From assembly GCF_963921235.1 (NCBI RefSeq), contig NC_086109.1, positions 13,332,001-13,396,000 on the forward strand: a DNA stretch of 64,000 nucleotides, in the 5' to 3' direction. The notes below the pieces were generated by a model. The model was not told where the DNA came from. It was given only the letters and a program-made list of their open reading frames with translations, and ran no database searches. Position numbers and translations under genes: made by a program. This document shows positions 52,892 to 64,000 of this stretch, in pieces (the stretch's first letter is position 1; every line of letters begins with the position of its first letter). The stretch comes from Mobula hypostoma (taxonomy: Eukaryota).

Positions 52892-53773
52892 CTCCCCAGT
52901 TGCTTTCCAGTCCTGGTGAAGGTTCTCAATCTGGTACATTTGCCTCCATTGATGTCACCTGACCCGCTGAGTTCCTCCAGCATTTTCTGTGTTACACTGA
53001 AACTATTAGCTTACAGTTGCCTTTTGAGAAAAAGTCTATCAGATCAAGTTCTTTGTGCCCTTTGGTTCACCAGCATTGTTCCTCCTCAGTCTGTAGGAAA
53101 CTGACAGGGATGTTTCCAGAGAAAGGCAAAGACCCACACACCCACCGGTGAGCAAATCTGCAAGGAGTGCTGCCAGAAAGAAGCATCAACCATCAACAAG
53201 GACATCATCAAGAGATCCAGGCCCAGCTTTCTTCTTGCTGCTGCTATTGGGCAGGAGGTACAGGAGCCTTACATCCCACACCACCAGGTTCAGAAACAGT
53301 TATTACCCCTCAGCTATTAGGCTCCTGAACCAGCATGGATAACTTCACTCACCTCAACACTGAGCCAAATCCACAACCTATAGACTTCCTTTCAAGGACT
53401 CCACTACTCATTTTCTCAGTTTGATTTATGTATTTTTATTTGTACAGTTTTCTCCTCTTGCACATTGGTTGTCTGTCAGTCTTTGTCTGTGTGTACATTT
53501 TCATTGATTTCATTGTTTTCCTGTGAACACCTGCAAGTAAATGAATATCAAAGCAGTATATGGTAATATATATGTATGTTGACAATAAATTTGCTGTGAA
53601 CGTTGATCATTGAACTTAATGATGGACACTTCCTCCTTCAAAATGTAAAGACACTATAAATGAACAGGGATATGTCATGTGACTTGGTGAAGATCTGACA
53701 AATGGAGCACAATAAGAGAAAATGTGAAATTGGCCAAAATTAGAGGACATTATCTCAATCGTGTGAAGCTATA

Positions 53774-54703
53774 TGTCATGGTCCGGTCCATGAAGTCCGC
53801 ATTTCGGTTCACGGTCCGCTCCGTGGACTCAGGACTCCAGCTCTTACAGCTGTCCCTCATTTGGTTGAGTTAATTATTGGCACGTGATTCCGATCTTTAA
53901 GCTTGGAATATAAGTAGCCTTGGGGTTGAGTGTGGGCTGCTGGTTTGTCTTGTTAATCCCCCTTGGAGCAACTTGCTGATGGAAGGCTAGTGATTTGTGA
54001 TCTCTAGGCCTGGTTGGAGCACCACTGCTTCATGGAGCCTTGTTGCCACTTGTTGGAGCAGTCATTGTGGTATGGATTTGACTGTTTCTGTAGCCAGCCA
54101 AGGTTGCTGGCTGCCCCATGACTCAGATCCACCCTGGATTGAGCTCCTTTCCTGTCCTTGCCTCTGTTGGGTAAGCAGGCTGTTTGCTGTTACCCTGTGG
54201 TTGGGTCTGTCCCTCCCTGTCCTTGCATCTGTGGGGTGAAGTTCTGTGTCCTGCCCAGGGGAAGCTCCAAGAACCCAAGCCTCAAGGATCCCCAGCCTGC
54301 AGCCAAGAAGCCAAGCCTTGAGGATCACCAGCCAAGCTCAAGACCCAAGGCCCCTGCCTCAAGCCTCAAGAGCAAAGACCCCAGCCTGTCTCCAAGCTCA
54401 GGCCTCTAGACCCCAGCCACGTCCTGTCCTGAAGCCATGTCATGTCCTTGTCTGGTTCTGGGGTCTGAGCCCGAGGCAAGACCCAGGTTCTGGGTCCTTG
54501 TCCAGTCTCGGGCTTGGAGTCGAAGACTTGTCTCCTAATCCATGGTTTCTAGTCCTGGTCTTGCTTTCCCTAGCCCAAGTCTGCATTCTTGTCCCTGTTC
54601 CTGGTCTGAATCCTGTCATATCCCTACTCTAGTCAAGTCCTGTTCCTTGTACTGCAGTGTCTGTGTCTTGCATTTGGGTCTGTTACCAGCACCCCTTGTG
54701 ACA
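53774..54703. mobile_element. Solo LTR
   Basis: TGTCATGG...TTGTGACA termini; TSD CTATA/CTGTA. The empty site is visible in the paralogous copy at ~61150. Confidence 0.85.
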
Positions 54704-56330
54704 CTGTAGTTCTCAGACAGTGAGGGTTCTGTGTGTCCTAATACATAATTTGCAATAAGATGGAATGCAGATACAATGAGTTATTAAAGAAAGATAACAG
54801 AATTTATATTAGGAAAAAATTAATGTCAAAAGAAAAATAATAATGCTTCAATTCTGTAGGGGATTGGTGAGACCTCAACTGGAATACAGTGTACTGTACT
54901 GATCTCCTTTCTGAAGGAAGGATGCTTGTGTATTGGAAGCAGTTCAGAGGAGCTTCACTTGACCTGAAATGACAGTCAAGATAGACTTGTCTCTACTGAC
55001 TGCAAGAGAGTGAAAGGGCACTTGGCTGAAGCACTTAAGATCCTATGAGGTCTTGACATGATGGATGTGGAGAAGATACTTCCTCTTCTGAGAGCATCTG
55101 GAACAAAAGATCGCAATTTAAAAGCAAGAACTCATAATCTGAATGCAGAGATAAAGTGAATTTCTTTCTCTCAGAGGATCAGGAGGATCCAGCAGTGTTT
55201 CTTCAAATCAGAAGCACATTTAATATCATTGGGTATGTTGTGCAATTTGATGTTTTATGGCAGACGTTCTGGACAATTCATAATTTAAAACACTATAAAT
55301 TACAATGAGAGATATACATATAAGAAGTAAATTAAGTAGTGCAAAAAGAGAGAAAGTGAGGTAATGTACCTTGTTGATCCAGAAATCGAATGGCGGAGGG
55401 GAAGAAGCTTCTCCAAATGGCTGAGAAAGAAGAAATTTTGAATATCCTTAAGGCAGCTGAATAAACTAATCCTGCTCTTAGTTCATTGTTCATATGTCGG
55501 TATGTTTGTACTCCTGCCGGACAGGAGCTGTACTGGAAAAGCTACAGAGTTTCATTATTTTCCCTGGGGATATACAGGCTCTCTGGTCTGAGTTATAACA
55601 GGCAAGCACTATGATCTGGAAAAATTAACAATTAAATAACTTAAGGAGGAAAGATTATCTGCAAAATTAACACTAAACACTGTAAATATTCAACCAGCCA
55701 GGAAGTATATGTGAAGAGGTAAGCAGAGTTAACATTATAGGGTTAATTATCTTTCCTCATCCATCTGAGGGAGGTCATAGTCAGAGAGTCCAAGTGTCAG
55801 ACAGGGCAGATACAGGTCTTCCAGAACAACTAGTCCACGCTGTGGAGGGCTCTTGTTTTCAGACTGTAGACGTTGTCAGACCTGAGACGTGAGGGATAAA
55901 GAATCTTTTCAATGGAGGAGGCTTCCTATGTATCTCTGCTGCCTCATTAACCTGCCCCAACATGTGGGGGGGGGGGGTGCAGGAAACAAGAGCAACACGC
56001 AAGGGGCTGTGGAGAAGTATCTGGCTGCCTGTGTGAATACTGAACCACAGATAATATGCATTTACAAATGGGAAGGAAACATTGAAGAAGACAGTAAAGG
56101 TTTACTTCTAGTCCTGGTCCCGCTTTCCCTAGCCCAAGTCTGCGTTCTTGTCCCTGCTCCTGGTCTGAATCCTGTCACATCCCAACTCTAGTCAAGTCCT
56201 GTTCCTTGTACTGCAGTGTCTGTGTCTTGTATTTGGGTCTGTTACCAGCACCCCCTTGTGACACTGTAGTTCTCAGACAGGGAGGGCTCTGTGTGTCCTA
56301 ATACATAAGGACAATAAACAGTAAAGGGAA

Positions 56331-57269
56331 GTAAATGCAGCATCTCCAAGTTTGTGGATGACACGAAGCTGGGCGGCAGTGTTAGCTGTGAGGAGGATGC
56401 TAAGAGGATGCAGGGTGACTTGGATAGGTTAAGTGAGTGGGCAAATTCATGGCAGATGCAATTTAATGTGGATAAATGTGAAGTTATCCACTTTGGTGGC
56501 AAAAACAGGAAAAGAGATTATTATCTGAATGGTGGCCGATTAGGAAAAGGGGAGGTGCAACGAGACCTGGGTGTCATTATACACCAGTCATTGAAAGTGG
56601 GCATGCAGGTACAGCAGGCGGTGAAAAAGGCGAATGGTATGCTGGCATTTATAGCGAGAGGATTCGAGTACAGGAGCAGGGAGGTACTACTGCAGTTGTA
56701 CAAGGCCTTGGTGAGACCACACCTGGAGTATTGTGTGCAGTTTTGGTCCCCTAATCTGAGGAAAGACATTCTTCCCGTAGAGGGAGAGCAAAGAAGGTTC
56801 ACCAGATTGATTCCTGGGATGGAAGACTGGATCAACTCGGCTTATACTCATTGGAATTTAGAAGGTTGAAGGGGGATCTTATTGAAATGCGTAAAATCCT
56901 AAAGGGATTGGACAGGCTAGATGCAGGAAGATTGTTCCCGATGTTGGGGAAGTCCAGAACGAGGGGTCACAGTTTGAGGATAAAGGGGAAGCCTTTTAGG
57001 ACCAAGATTAGGAAAAACTTCTTCACACAGAGAGTGGTGAATCTGTGGAATTCTCTGCCACAGGAAACAGTTGAGGCCAGTTCATTGGCTATATTTAAGA
57101 GGGAGTTAGATATGGCCCTTGTGGCTAAAGGGATCAGGGGGTATGGAGAGAAGGCAGGTACAGAGTTTTGAGTTGGATGATCAGCCATGATCATAGTGAA
57201 TGACGGTGCAGGTTCAAAGGGCTAAATGGCCTACTCCTGCACCTATTTTCTATGTTTCTATGTTTCTAT
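56331..57269 (+). mobile_element. CR1 3' fragment
   Basis: ISKFVDDTKLGG, WQMQFNVDKCEV and LEYCVQFWSP motifs; (TTTCTATG)n tail. Confidence 0.9.
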
Positions 57270-59011
57270 TGTTACATGCTCAAGGAGATCTGTTTTTTTT
57301 TGTGAGAATGATATAATGGTCTTTTGGAGGTCACCCGATGTGATTTTCCCACCGATGTGAGGTCACGTGATGACATGTGCACCATGGGTATATAAGGGTC
57401 GACCCAGGTGACGCAGTTAGTTTTTGAGTTTGTAGATTTCCAGGTAGAATGTGCTGTGCCTCCGTTTCTGTTGCGTGTTTGTTTTTGTGACGCAGTTTCA
57501 TTTTTAAAACGGAAGGTGCGTTCTCTTACAAGATATTGTATTATTGGACTGGAAATTTGTGGCTGGAAGTGCCAATTTACTCAATTCTGATAGTTGAAGG
57601 GAGAGTGAAGAATTCGTCGAAGTGCAGGATCGAGAGGAGTCGGCATCGTTTGGCAGTTTAATAAAGGATCGACCTTATTGAGAGTTCGTTGGGGAAGTAC
57701 CTGCATCGAGATAACTCTTGCCAGAAAGAGCGACGAGTTCATGCAAAAAGGTGCTCTCTCTCTCTAAAGGAATTTAAGGTCAGTCAATTTAAACTATTTA
57801 TTTTCAGCATCGTGAATCCTGTGGACAGAACCGGCAGTAAAGGTGCGTCTATGAAGAAATCCTTCTCCAGAGAAGTCTCCCCCAATTGAATGTGTAAAAC
57901 TGTTGGACTTTCGAAGTTATGGCTTTAAGAACTATATCTGACTGTATCGCTTTAAGAACTGTTTTCGCATTTAACGCTTTAAGAACCAGAGCCGAGTGGA
58001 GTTGGTGAACGGCTACGTACCTGTTAACCTCCGGTTAAAGTTTTCTTTTGTTTTTTTTTCCTTGTCATTTATACGTGTTTAATAAATGTTTGGTTGTTTT
58101 TATATAACCTGTCTCGATCGATATTCATTGTTGCCAGTGTTACGTACCCCGTAACTGGGTTGCCAAACCAGCAGAAATGGATCACTCAGTTGGAGTCTGG
58201 AGTACTAGAACTAAGAAAGTTTTATTAAAGAAACAAGCAACACAGTAATCGAAAGGATAATAAATGCAACAGTTCAGCGATGATAAACACACATGTGCAC
58301 AGAATTAAGATAACAGCATCAATCAAGCTCTATCGTTGTCTAGGGGTAAATGACCAAATTTCAAAGTGACTCAAAGTTCAGTCCAGTTTGGTAGTTCAGT
58401 TCGCAGTAATCATTGCCATGGCGATGGACAACGTGGGGGAAGAGAGAGATAGAACAGGAACAACTGATCATTCAGACACGGCTTCACTCACAGACTGGCG
58501 AGGTGGCTCACAAGCAACTTTTGGGCAGGTCCTTGGTGATGTCACCTGAGGTCACCGACTGTGACCCCTCCTCCAGATGCGGTCGATCCTCTGCAGTGAA
58601 CCCGGCACCCAGGCAAGGGCGGACACACATCGGGTTCCCGCTGATCGTACCTTTCCACCCTGGTCGTTGTCTGGTACTTCTCACCGACTCGTGAGAAGCG
58701 TACCGCTTCCAGGGTCTCGTTACCTCGGGTGTCGTGTGTGCTGCTTTAGCAAACCAGTCCCTTTTTATCCCCCTGCTGGGGTATCGCCTGTCCATCACTT
58801 CAAACAGTTCAGGGTTCAAAGGGGGAGCCGCTCCAGACAGCTCTCTCTCCCACGTCCCTTCATTACACATCTCCAGACGCTGCTCCATTGTTCCTTATCT
58901 CTCCTTCCCCTGAGGGCAGGTGGCAGACCACTTGCTGATGTCGCTGATGCTAACCCAGGCCAGCAAACATCTTAATTTTATGTGTATTCTCGTCACACCA
59001 GTTACGTAACA
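57270..59011 (+). mobile_element. Solo LTR (~880 bp net) hosting another solo LTR
   Basis: TGTTAC...GTAACA termini; TSD CTAT at 57266-57269 and 59012-59015. TATATAA at ~57389; AATAAA at 58081. Confidence 0.85.
58138..58997 (-). mobile_element. Solo LTR of the same family as 12325-17169
   Basis: About 95% similar by eye to the LTRs at 12325 and 16305; TSD CCAG at 58134-58137 and 58998-59001. Confidence 0.95.
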
Positions 59012-59376
59012 CTATGATTAAAACACGAACCACTAAAGCCAGTGATTTGGCAAATTACAGAAACAATACCGGTTACTGGTATTACAATCATTAAGAAACA
59101 ATAAAATAATGACTATTGTAACAATGATTAATGAATAGAATCTTGTTGCAAAATTCTATTCTCTTAAGATGTAAGTTTGAATCCAAGTTCAGTAGCTGTG
59201 GAATTTAAATACAACTTGATAAGAAGCCAATGTCAACATTGCTTCCCTGCTTCTTCTATCATTCCCACTCTTTCCCTCCCTTTCCTGGATCCACATCACC
59301 TGCCAGCACTTTCTCCAACCATACACCTACTCATTCAACTCACCCCCACCATTTTATACTGGCTGTCTCCCCACTT

Positions 59377-59550
59377 GGGGTGCAGGGGGCTCTGGATAGA
59401 GGTGGTATCTTTGTTGTCTGGCAGCTGCACTTTACCTAGTAGGGTGGATGGGCATCACTGGTCCTCATCCATCTCCTAAATCTCTCACGTCTGCCTCCAA
59501 GTGGCACACACTGGTACACCGTTTCAGCTGGCGGGCTAAATGATGTGAGG
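59377..59550 (+). ncRNA. HDV-like self-cleaving ribozyme (predicted, partly decayed)
   Basis: P1 GGGGTGC/ACACACT; P2 TCTCACGTC/GATGTGAGG; P3 GCC/GGC; L3 TCCAAGT; P1.1 CC/GG; P4 closed by CCG/CGG; J4/2 GCTAA with candidate catalytic C59536. Confidence 0.65.
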
Positions 59551-59797
59551 AATTGGTGTTAACATGGCACCTTTGGGCGGAGGACCTCATTGGTAAAATC
59601 ACCAGTCAGGGCGGATGAGTTCCCAGAAGAACTACAGCGGCCGTGTGTTCGAGATCAGGGTAAGCCACTGAGCTGGAGGACATCGGCTGTGCTCTGGCCT
59701 GGAGAGGGATGGGTGCCACCAAGCCTAACTAGCTCAGGACACACGAAGGCACCCCTGCTAGCCATGAGCATGTTGCGGAATCTGAGCTGAGTCGAAA
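59377..59797 (+). mobile_element. Short non-coding retroposon (421 bp) beginning with an HDV-like ribozyme fold
   Basis: TSD CTCCCCACTT/CTCCCCAGTT at 59367-59376 and 59798-59807. Empty site in the paralogue at ~52275-52290. Confidence 0.8.
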
Positions 59798-60426
59798 CTC
59801 CCCAGTTGCTTTCCAGTCCTGATGAAGATTCTCAATCCAGTACATTTGCCTCCATCGATGTTACCTGACCCGCTGAGTTCCTCCAGCATTTTCTGTGTTA
59901 CACTGAAACTACTAGCTTACAGTTGCCTTTTAGGAAAAAGTCTATCAGGTCAAGTTCTTTGTGCCCTTTGGCTCACCAGCATTGTTCCTCCTCAGTCTGT
60001 AGGAAACTGACAGGGATGTTTCCAGAGAAAGGCAAAGACCCACACACCCACCGGTGAGCAAATCTGCAAGGAGTGCTGCCAGAAAGAAGCATCAACCATC
60101 AACAAGGACATCATCAAGAGATCCAGGCCCGGCTCTCTTCTTGCTGTTGCTATTGGGCAGGAGGTACAGGAGCCTTACATCCCACACCACCAGGTTCAGA
60201 AACAGTTATTACCCCTCAGCTATTAGGCTCCTGAACCAGTAGAACTCACCTCAACACTGAGCCAAATCCACAACCTATAGACTTCCTTTCAAGGACTCCA
60301 CAACTTGTTTTCTCAGTTTGATTTATGTATTTTTATTTGTACAGTTTGTCTCCTCTTGCACATTGGTTGTCTGTCACTCTTTGTCTGTGTGTACATTTTC
60401 ATTGATTTCATTGTTTTCCTATGAAT

Positions 60427-60899
60427 TCTTCTTCTTCTTCTTCTTCTTCTTGCGCCCTTAACTCTTAGTGGAATCATCAGGGCACTGTCATGACAAGCTT
60501 TGCACCTGATTGGTGTGCTCATCATGCAGTGTGTCTTGGGCATCTGAAACCTGGCAGAGCCCAACCTTCTCCAGGTTTGACCACAGCCGATTTCCTCCAA
60601 CTAGGTGGCTTGCCTTGGTCGTGAACACGTGGCCATTACAGTTCATCTGAGAACCTTTCCGCCCCAGCCAGTGACTTCATTATGGAAGTCCTTCGCCCAG
60701 TGGTGCCGTGTTAACACCACCCCCTCATGTAGTTTAGCCCGCCAGCTGAAGTGGTTTACCGTTGTATGGCGCTCGGAGCTGACACATGAGAGATTTAGGA
60801 GATGGATGAGAACCAGTGATGCCCATCCACCCTGTCTGGTAGGGAGCAGCATGCCAGATATCAAAGGTACTACCTCTATCCAGAGCCCCCTACACCCCC
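60427..60899 (-). mobile_element. Short non-coding RTE-derived retroposon (473 bp): HDV-like head, RTE 3' tail and (AAG)n
   Basis: TSD TTCCTATGAAT/TTCCTGTGAAT at 60416-60426 and 60900-60910. Empty site at ~53518. The last ~58 nt are about 85% identical to the RTE LINE 3' end at 2615-2673. Confidence 0.85.
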
Positions 60900-62381
60900 T
60901 TCCTGTGAATACCTGCAAGTAAATGAATATCAAAGCAGTATATGGTAATATATATGTATGCTGACAATAAATTTGCTGTGAACATTGATCTTTGAACTTA
61001 ATGATGGACACTTCCTCCTTCAAAATATAAAGAGATTATAAATGGATCAGGATACATCATCTGACTTGGAGAAGATCTGACAAATGGAGCACAATAAGAG
61101 ATAATGTGAAATTGGCCAAAATTAGAGGACATTATCTCAATAGTGTGAGGTTGCAGTTCTCAGAGACAGTGAGGGCTCTGTGTGTCCGAATACATAATTC
61201 TCAAAACAATGGAATGCAGATACAATGAGTTATTAAGGAAAGATAACAGAATGTAATCATTCATATTCAGAAAAAAATTAATGTCAAAAGAAAGAGATAA
61301 TAATGCTTCAATTCTGTAGGGGATTGGTGAGACCTCAACTGGAATACAGTGTACTGATCTCCTTTCTGAAGGAAGGATGCGTATGTGTTGGAAGCAGTTC
61401 AGAGGAGCTTCATTTGACCTGGAATGGGTGAGTTATCTTACAAGGAAATAACAGTCAAGATAGACTTGACTCTGCTGGACTGCAAGAGAGTGAAAGGGCA
61501 CTTGGCTGAAGCACTTAAGATCCTATGAGGTCTTGACATGATGGATGTGGAGAGGATATTTCCTCTTCTGAGAGCATCTGGAACAAAAGATTGCAACTTA
61601 AAAGCAAGGACTCATAAATTGAATACAGAGATAAAGTGAATTTCTTTCTCTCAGAGATCAGGAGGATCCAGCACTGTTTCTTCAAATTGGAATCACTTTT
61701 AATATCATTGGGTATGTCGTGCAATTTGATGTTTTGTGGAAGCTCTACAGTGCAGTTCATAACTAAAAGAACTATAAATTACAATGAGAAATATATAAGG
61801 AATAAATAAGTAGTGTAAAGAGAGAGAGAAAAAATAGATAATGTACAATAGTTCATTGTCGATTCAGAAATCTATTGGCAGGCGGAAAGAAGCTGTTCCG
61901 AATGGCTGAGAAAGTAGAAATTTTGTATATCTTTAAGGCAGATGTGCATAGATTCTTGTTAACATAAATGAAAGGTTACCATGTGTAGATAGAAATATGG
62001 AGTTTGAGTTAAGAACCAGATCAAATTGTGGAGCAGGCTCAAGAAGTTGAATAAACTAATCCTGCTCTTAGTTCATTTATTCATATGTTGGTATGTTTGT
62101 ACTCCTGCTGGACAGGAGCTGTACTGGAAAAGCTACAGAGAGTTTCATTATTTTCCCTGGGGATATACAGGTCCTCTGGTCTGAGTTATAACAGGCAAGC
62201 ACTATGATCTGGAAAAATTAACAATTAAATAACTTAAGGAGGAAAGGTTATCTGCAAAATTAACACTAAACACTGTAAATATTCAACCAACAGGAATTCT
62301 GCAGATGCTGGAAATTCAAGCAACACACATCAAAGTTGCTGGTGAACGCAGCAGGCCAGGCTGCATCTATAGGAAGAGGCG

Positions 62382-62419
62382 CAGTCGACGTTTCAGGCCG
62401 AGACCCTTCGTCAGGACTA
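62382..62419 (-). ncRNA. Minimal type I hammerhead ribozyme motif
   Basis: TAGTC CTGACGA AGG GTCTCGG CCT GAAA CGTC GACTG, identical to 37952-37989. Confidence 0.78.
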
Positions 62420-62792
62420 ACTGAAGGAAGAGTGAGTAAGGGATTTGAAAGCTGGAGGGGGAGGGGGAGATGCAAAATGATAGGAGAAGACAGGAGGGGG
62501 AGGGATAGAGCCGAGAGCTGGACAGGTGATAGGCAAAAGGGGATACGAGAGGATCATGGGACAGGAGGTCCGGGAAGAAAGACAGGGGGGGGGTGGCCCA
62601 GAGGATGGGCAAGAGGTATATTCAGAGGGACAGAGGGAGAAAAAGGAGAGTGAGAGAAAGAATGTGTGCATAAAAAAGAGTAACAGATGGGGTACGAGGG
62701 GGAGGTGGGGCCTAGCGGAAGTTAGAGAAGTCAATGTTCATGCCATCAGGTTGGAGGCTACCCATACGGAATATAAGGTGTTGTGTTCCAGA

Positions 62793-64000
62793 CCTAATCA
62801 GTTCCCCTCTACCACCACTCTGCTCCGTCTAGCAGAATTAGTCCTTACTCTTAATAATTTCTCCTTTTGCTCCTCCCATTTCCTCCAAACTAAAGGTGTA
62901 GCTATGGGCACCCGTATGGGTCCTAGCTATGCCTGCCTTTTTGTTGGGTTTGTGGAACAATCTATGTTCCGTGCCTATTCTGGTATCTGTCCCCCACTTT
63001 TCCTTCGCTACATCGACGACTGCATTGGCGCTGCTTCCTGCACGTATGCAGAACTCGTTGACTTTATTAACTTTGCCTCCAACTTTCACCCTGCCCTCAA
63101 GTTTACCTGGTCCATTTCCGACACCTCCCTCCCCTTTCTAGATCTTTCTGTCTCTGTCTCTGGAGACAGCTTATCCACTGATGTCTACTATAAGCCTACT
63201 GACTCTCACAGCTATCTGGACTATTCCTCTTCTCACCCTGTCTCTTGCAAAAATGCCATCCCCTTCTCGCAATTCCTCCGTCTCCGCCGCATCTGCTCTC
63301 AGGATGAGGCTTTTCATTCTAGGACGAGGGAGATGTCTTCATTTTTTAAAGAAAGGGGCTTCCCTTCCTCCACTATCAATTCTGCTCTTAAACGCATCTC
63401 CCCCATTTCACATACATCTGCTCTCACTCCATCCTCCCACCACCCCACTAGGAATAGGGTTCCCCTGGTCCTCACCTACCACCCCACCAGCCTCCGGGTC
63501 CAACATATTATTCTCCGTAACTTCCGCCACCTCCAACGGGATCCCACCACTAAGCACATCTTTCCCTCCCCCCCTCTCTCTGCATTCCGCAGGGATCGCT
63601 CCCTACACAACTCCCTTGTCCATTCGTCCACCCCATCCCTCCCCACTGATCTCCCTCCTGGCACTTATCCGTGTAAGCGGAACAAGTGCTATACATGCCC
63701 TTACACTTCCTCCCTTACCACCATTCAGGGCCCCAAACAGTCCTTCCAGGTGAGGCATCACTTCACCTGTGAGTCGACTGGGGTGATATACTGCGTCCGG
63801 TGCTCCCGATGTGGCCTTTTATATATTGGTGAGACCCGACGCAGACTGGGAGACCGCTTTGCTGAACATCTACGCTCTGTCCGCCAGAGAAAGCAGGATC
63901 TCCCAGTGGCCACACATTTTAATTCCACATCCCATTCCCATTCTGACATGTCTATCCACGGCGGCCTCTACTGTAAAGATGAAGCCACACTCAGGTTGGA
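62793..64000 (+). CDS. Partial Penelope-like RT plus GIY-YIG endonuclease (5'-truncated, open to the window end, so absent from the ORF track)
   Basis: Manual translation with no stop: QTKGVAMGTRMGPSYA...FLRYIDD...LPFLD...YYKPTD...CKRNKCYTC...VIYCVRCSRCGLLYIGET...RFAEH. Confidence 0.9.

Larger units (their letters stand above)
52593..55697 (+). repeat. Local duplication unit, copy B (paralogue of 59499-62296)
   Basis: Colinear similarity of roughly 90-95% by eye over about 2.2 kb, excluding copy-specific insertions. Confidence 0.9.
59080..62296 (+). repeat. Local duplication unit, copy D
   Basis: Aligns to 51990-52290 (more diverged) and to 52593-55697. Confidence 0.85.
62296..64000. mobile_element. 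Young Penelope-like element (Neptune-type) with an inverted 3'-terminal segment at its 5' end; runs off the window
   Basis: 62296-62783 is the 3' terminus in minus orientation; 62784 onward is RT/EN coding sequence in plus orientation. Confidence 0.9.

Noticed and set aside
54265..54420. CRISPR-like short repeats (CAAGCCTCAAG variants)
   Set aside because: The repeats are irregular and degenerate, lie inside a solo LTR, have no constant spacers or cas genes, and the context is eukaryotic.

Overview
This is repeat-saturated eukaryotic genomic DNA (intronic or intergenic). The repeat repertoire suggests a cartilaginous fish such as a ray or shark (inference). I could not recognise any host protein-coding gene; every long ORF is transposon-derived. 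Main contents: (1) a young 4.8-kb Gmr1-like Gypsy LTR element (12325-17169, minus strand). It has ~99% identical LTRs, a tRNA-Pro PBS, a PPT, a 4-bp TSD and one intact 947-aa Gag/SCAN-like/zinc-knuckle/protease ORF with only vestigial IN and RT. It sits inside a multi-level nest within a Tc1 transposon. (2) Six solo LTRs with TSDs. (3) CR1, Rex/Babar, RTE, L1 and Tx1 LINE fragments. (4) Penelope-like elements carrying minimal hammerhead ribozyme motifs. (5) An internally deleted Chapaev3-like DNA transposon. (6) A local tandem duplication at ~52-62 kb. The most notable signal is a family of short (~420-470 bp) non-coding RTE-derived retroposons. Their TSD-defined 5' ends coincide with the predicted cleavage site of an HDV-like self-cleaving ribozyme fold. 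All calls are by eye; no database searches or folding programs were run.
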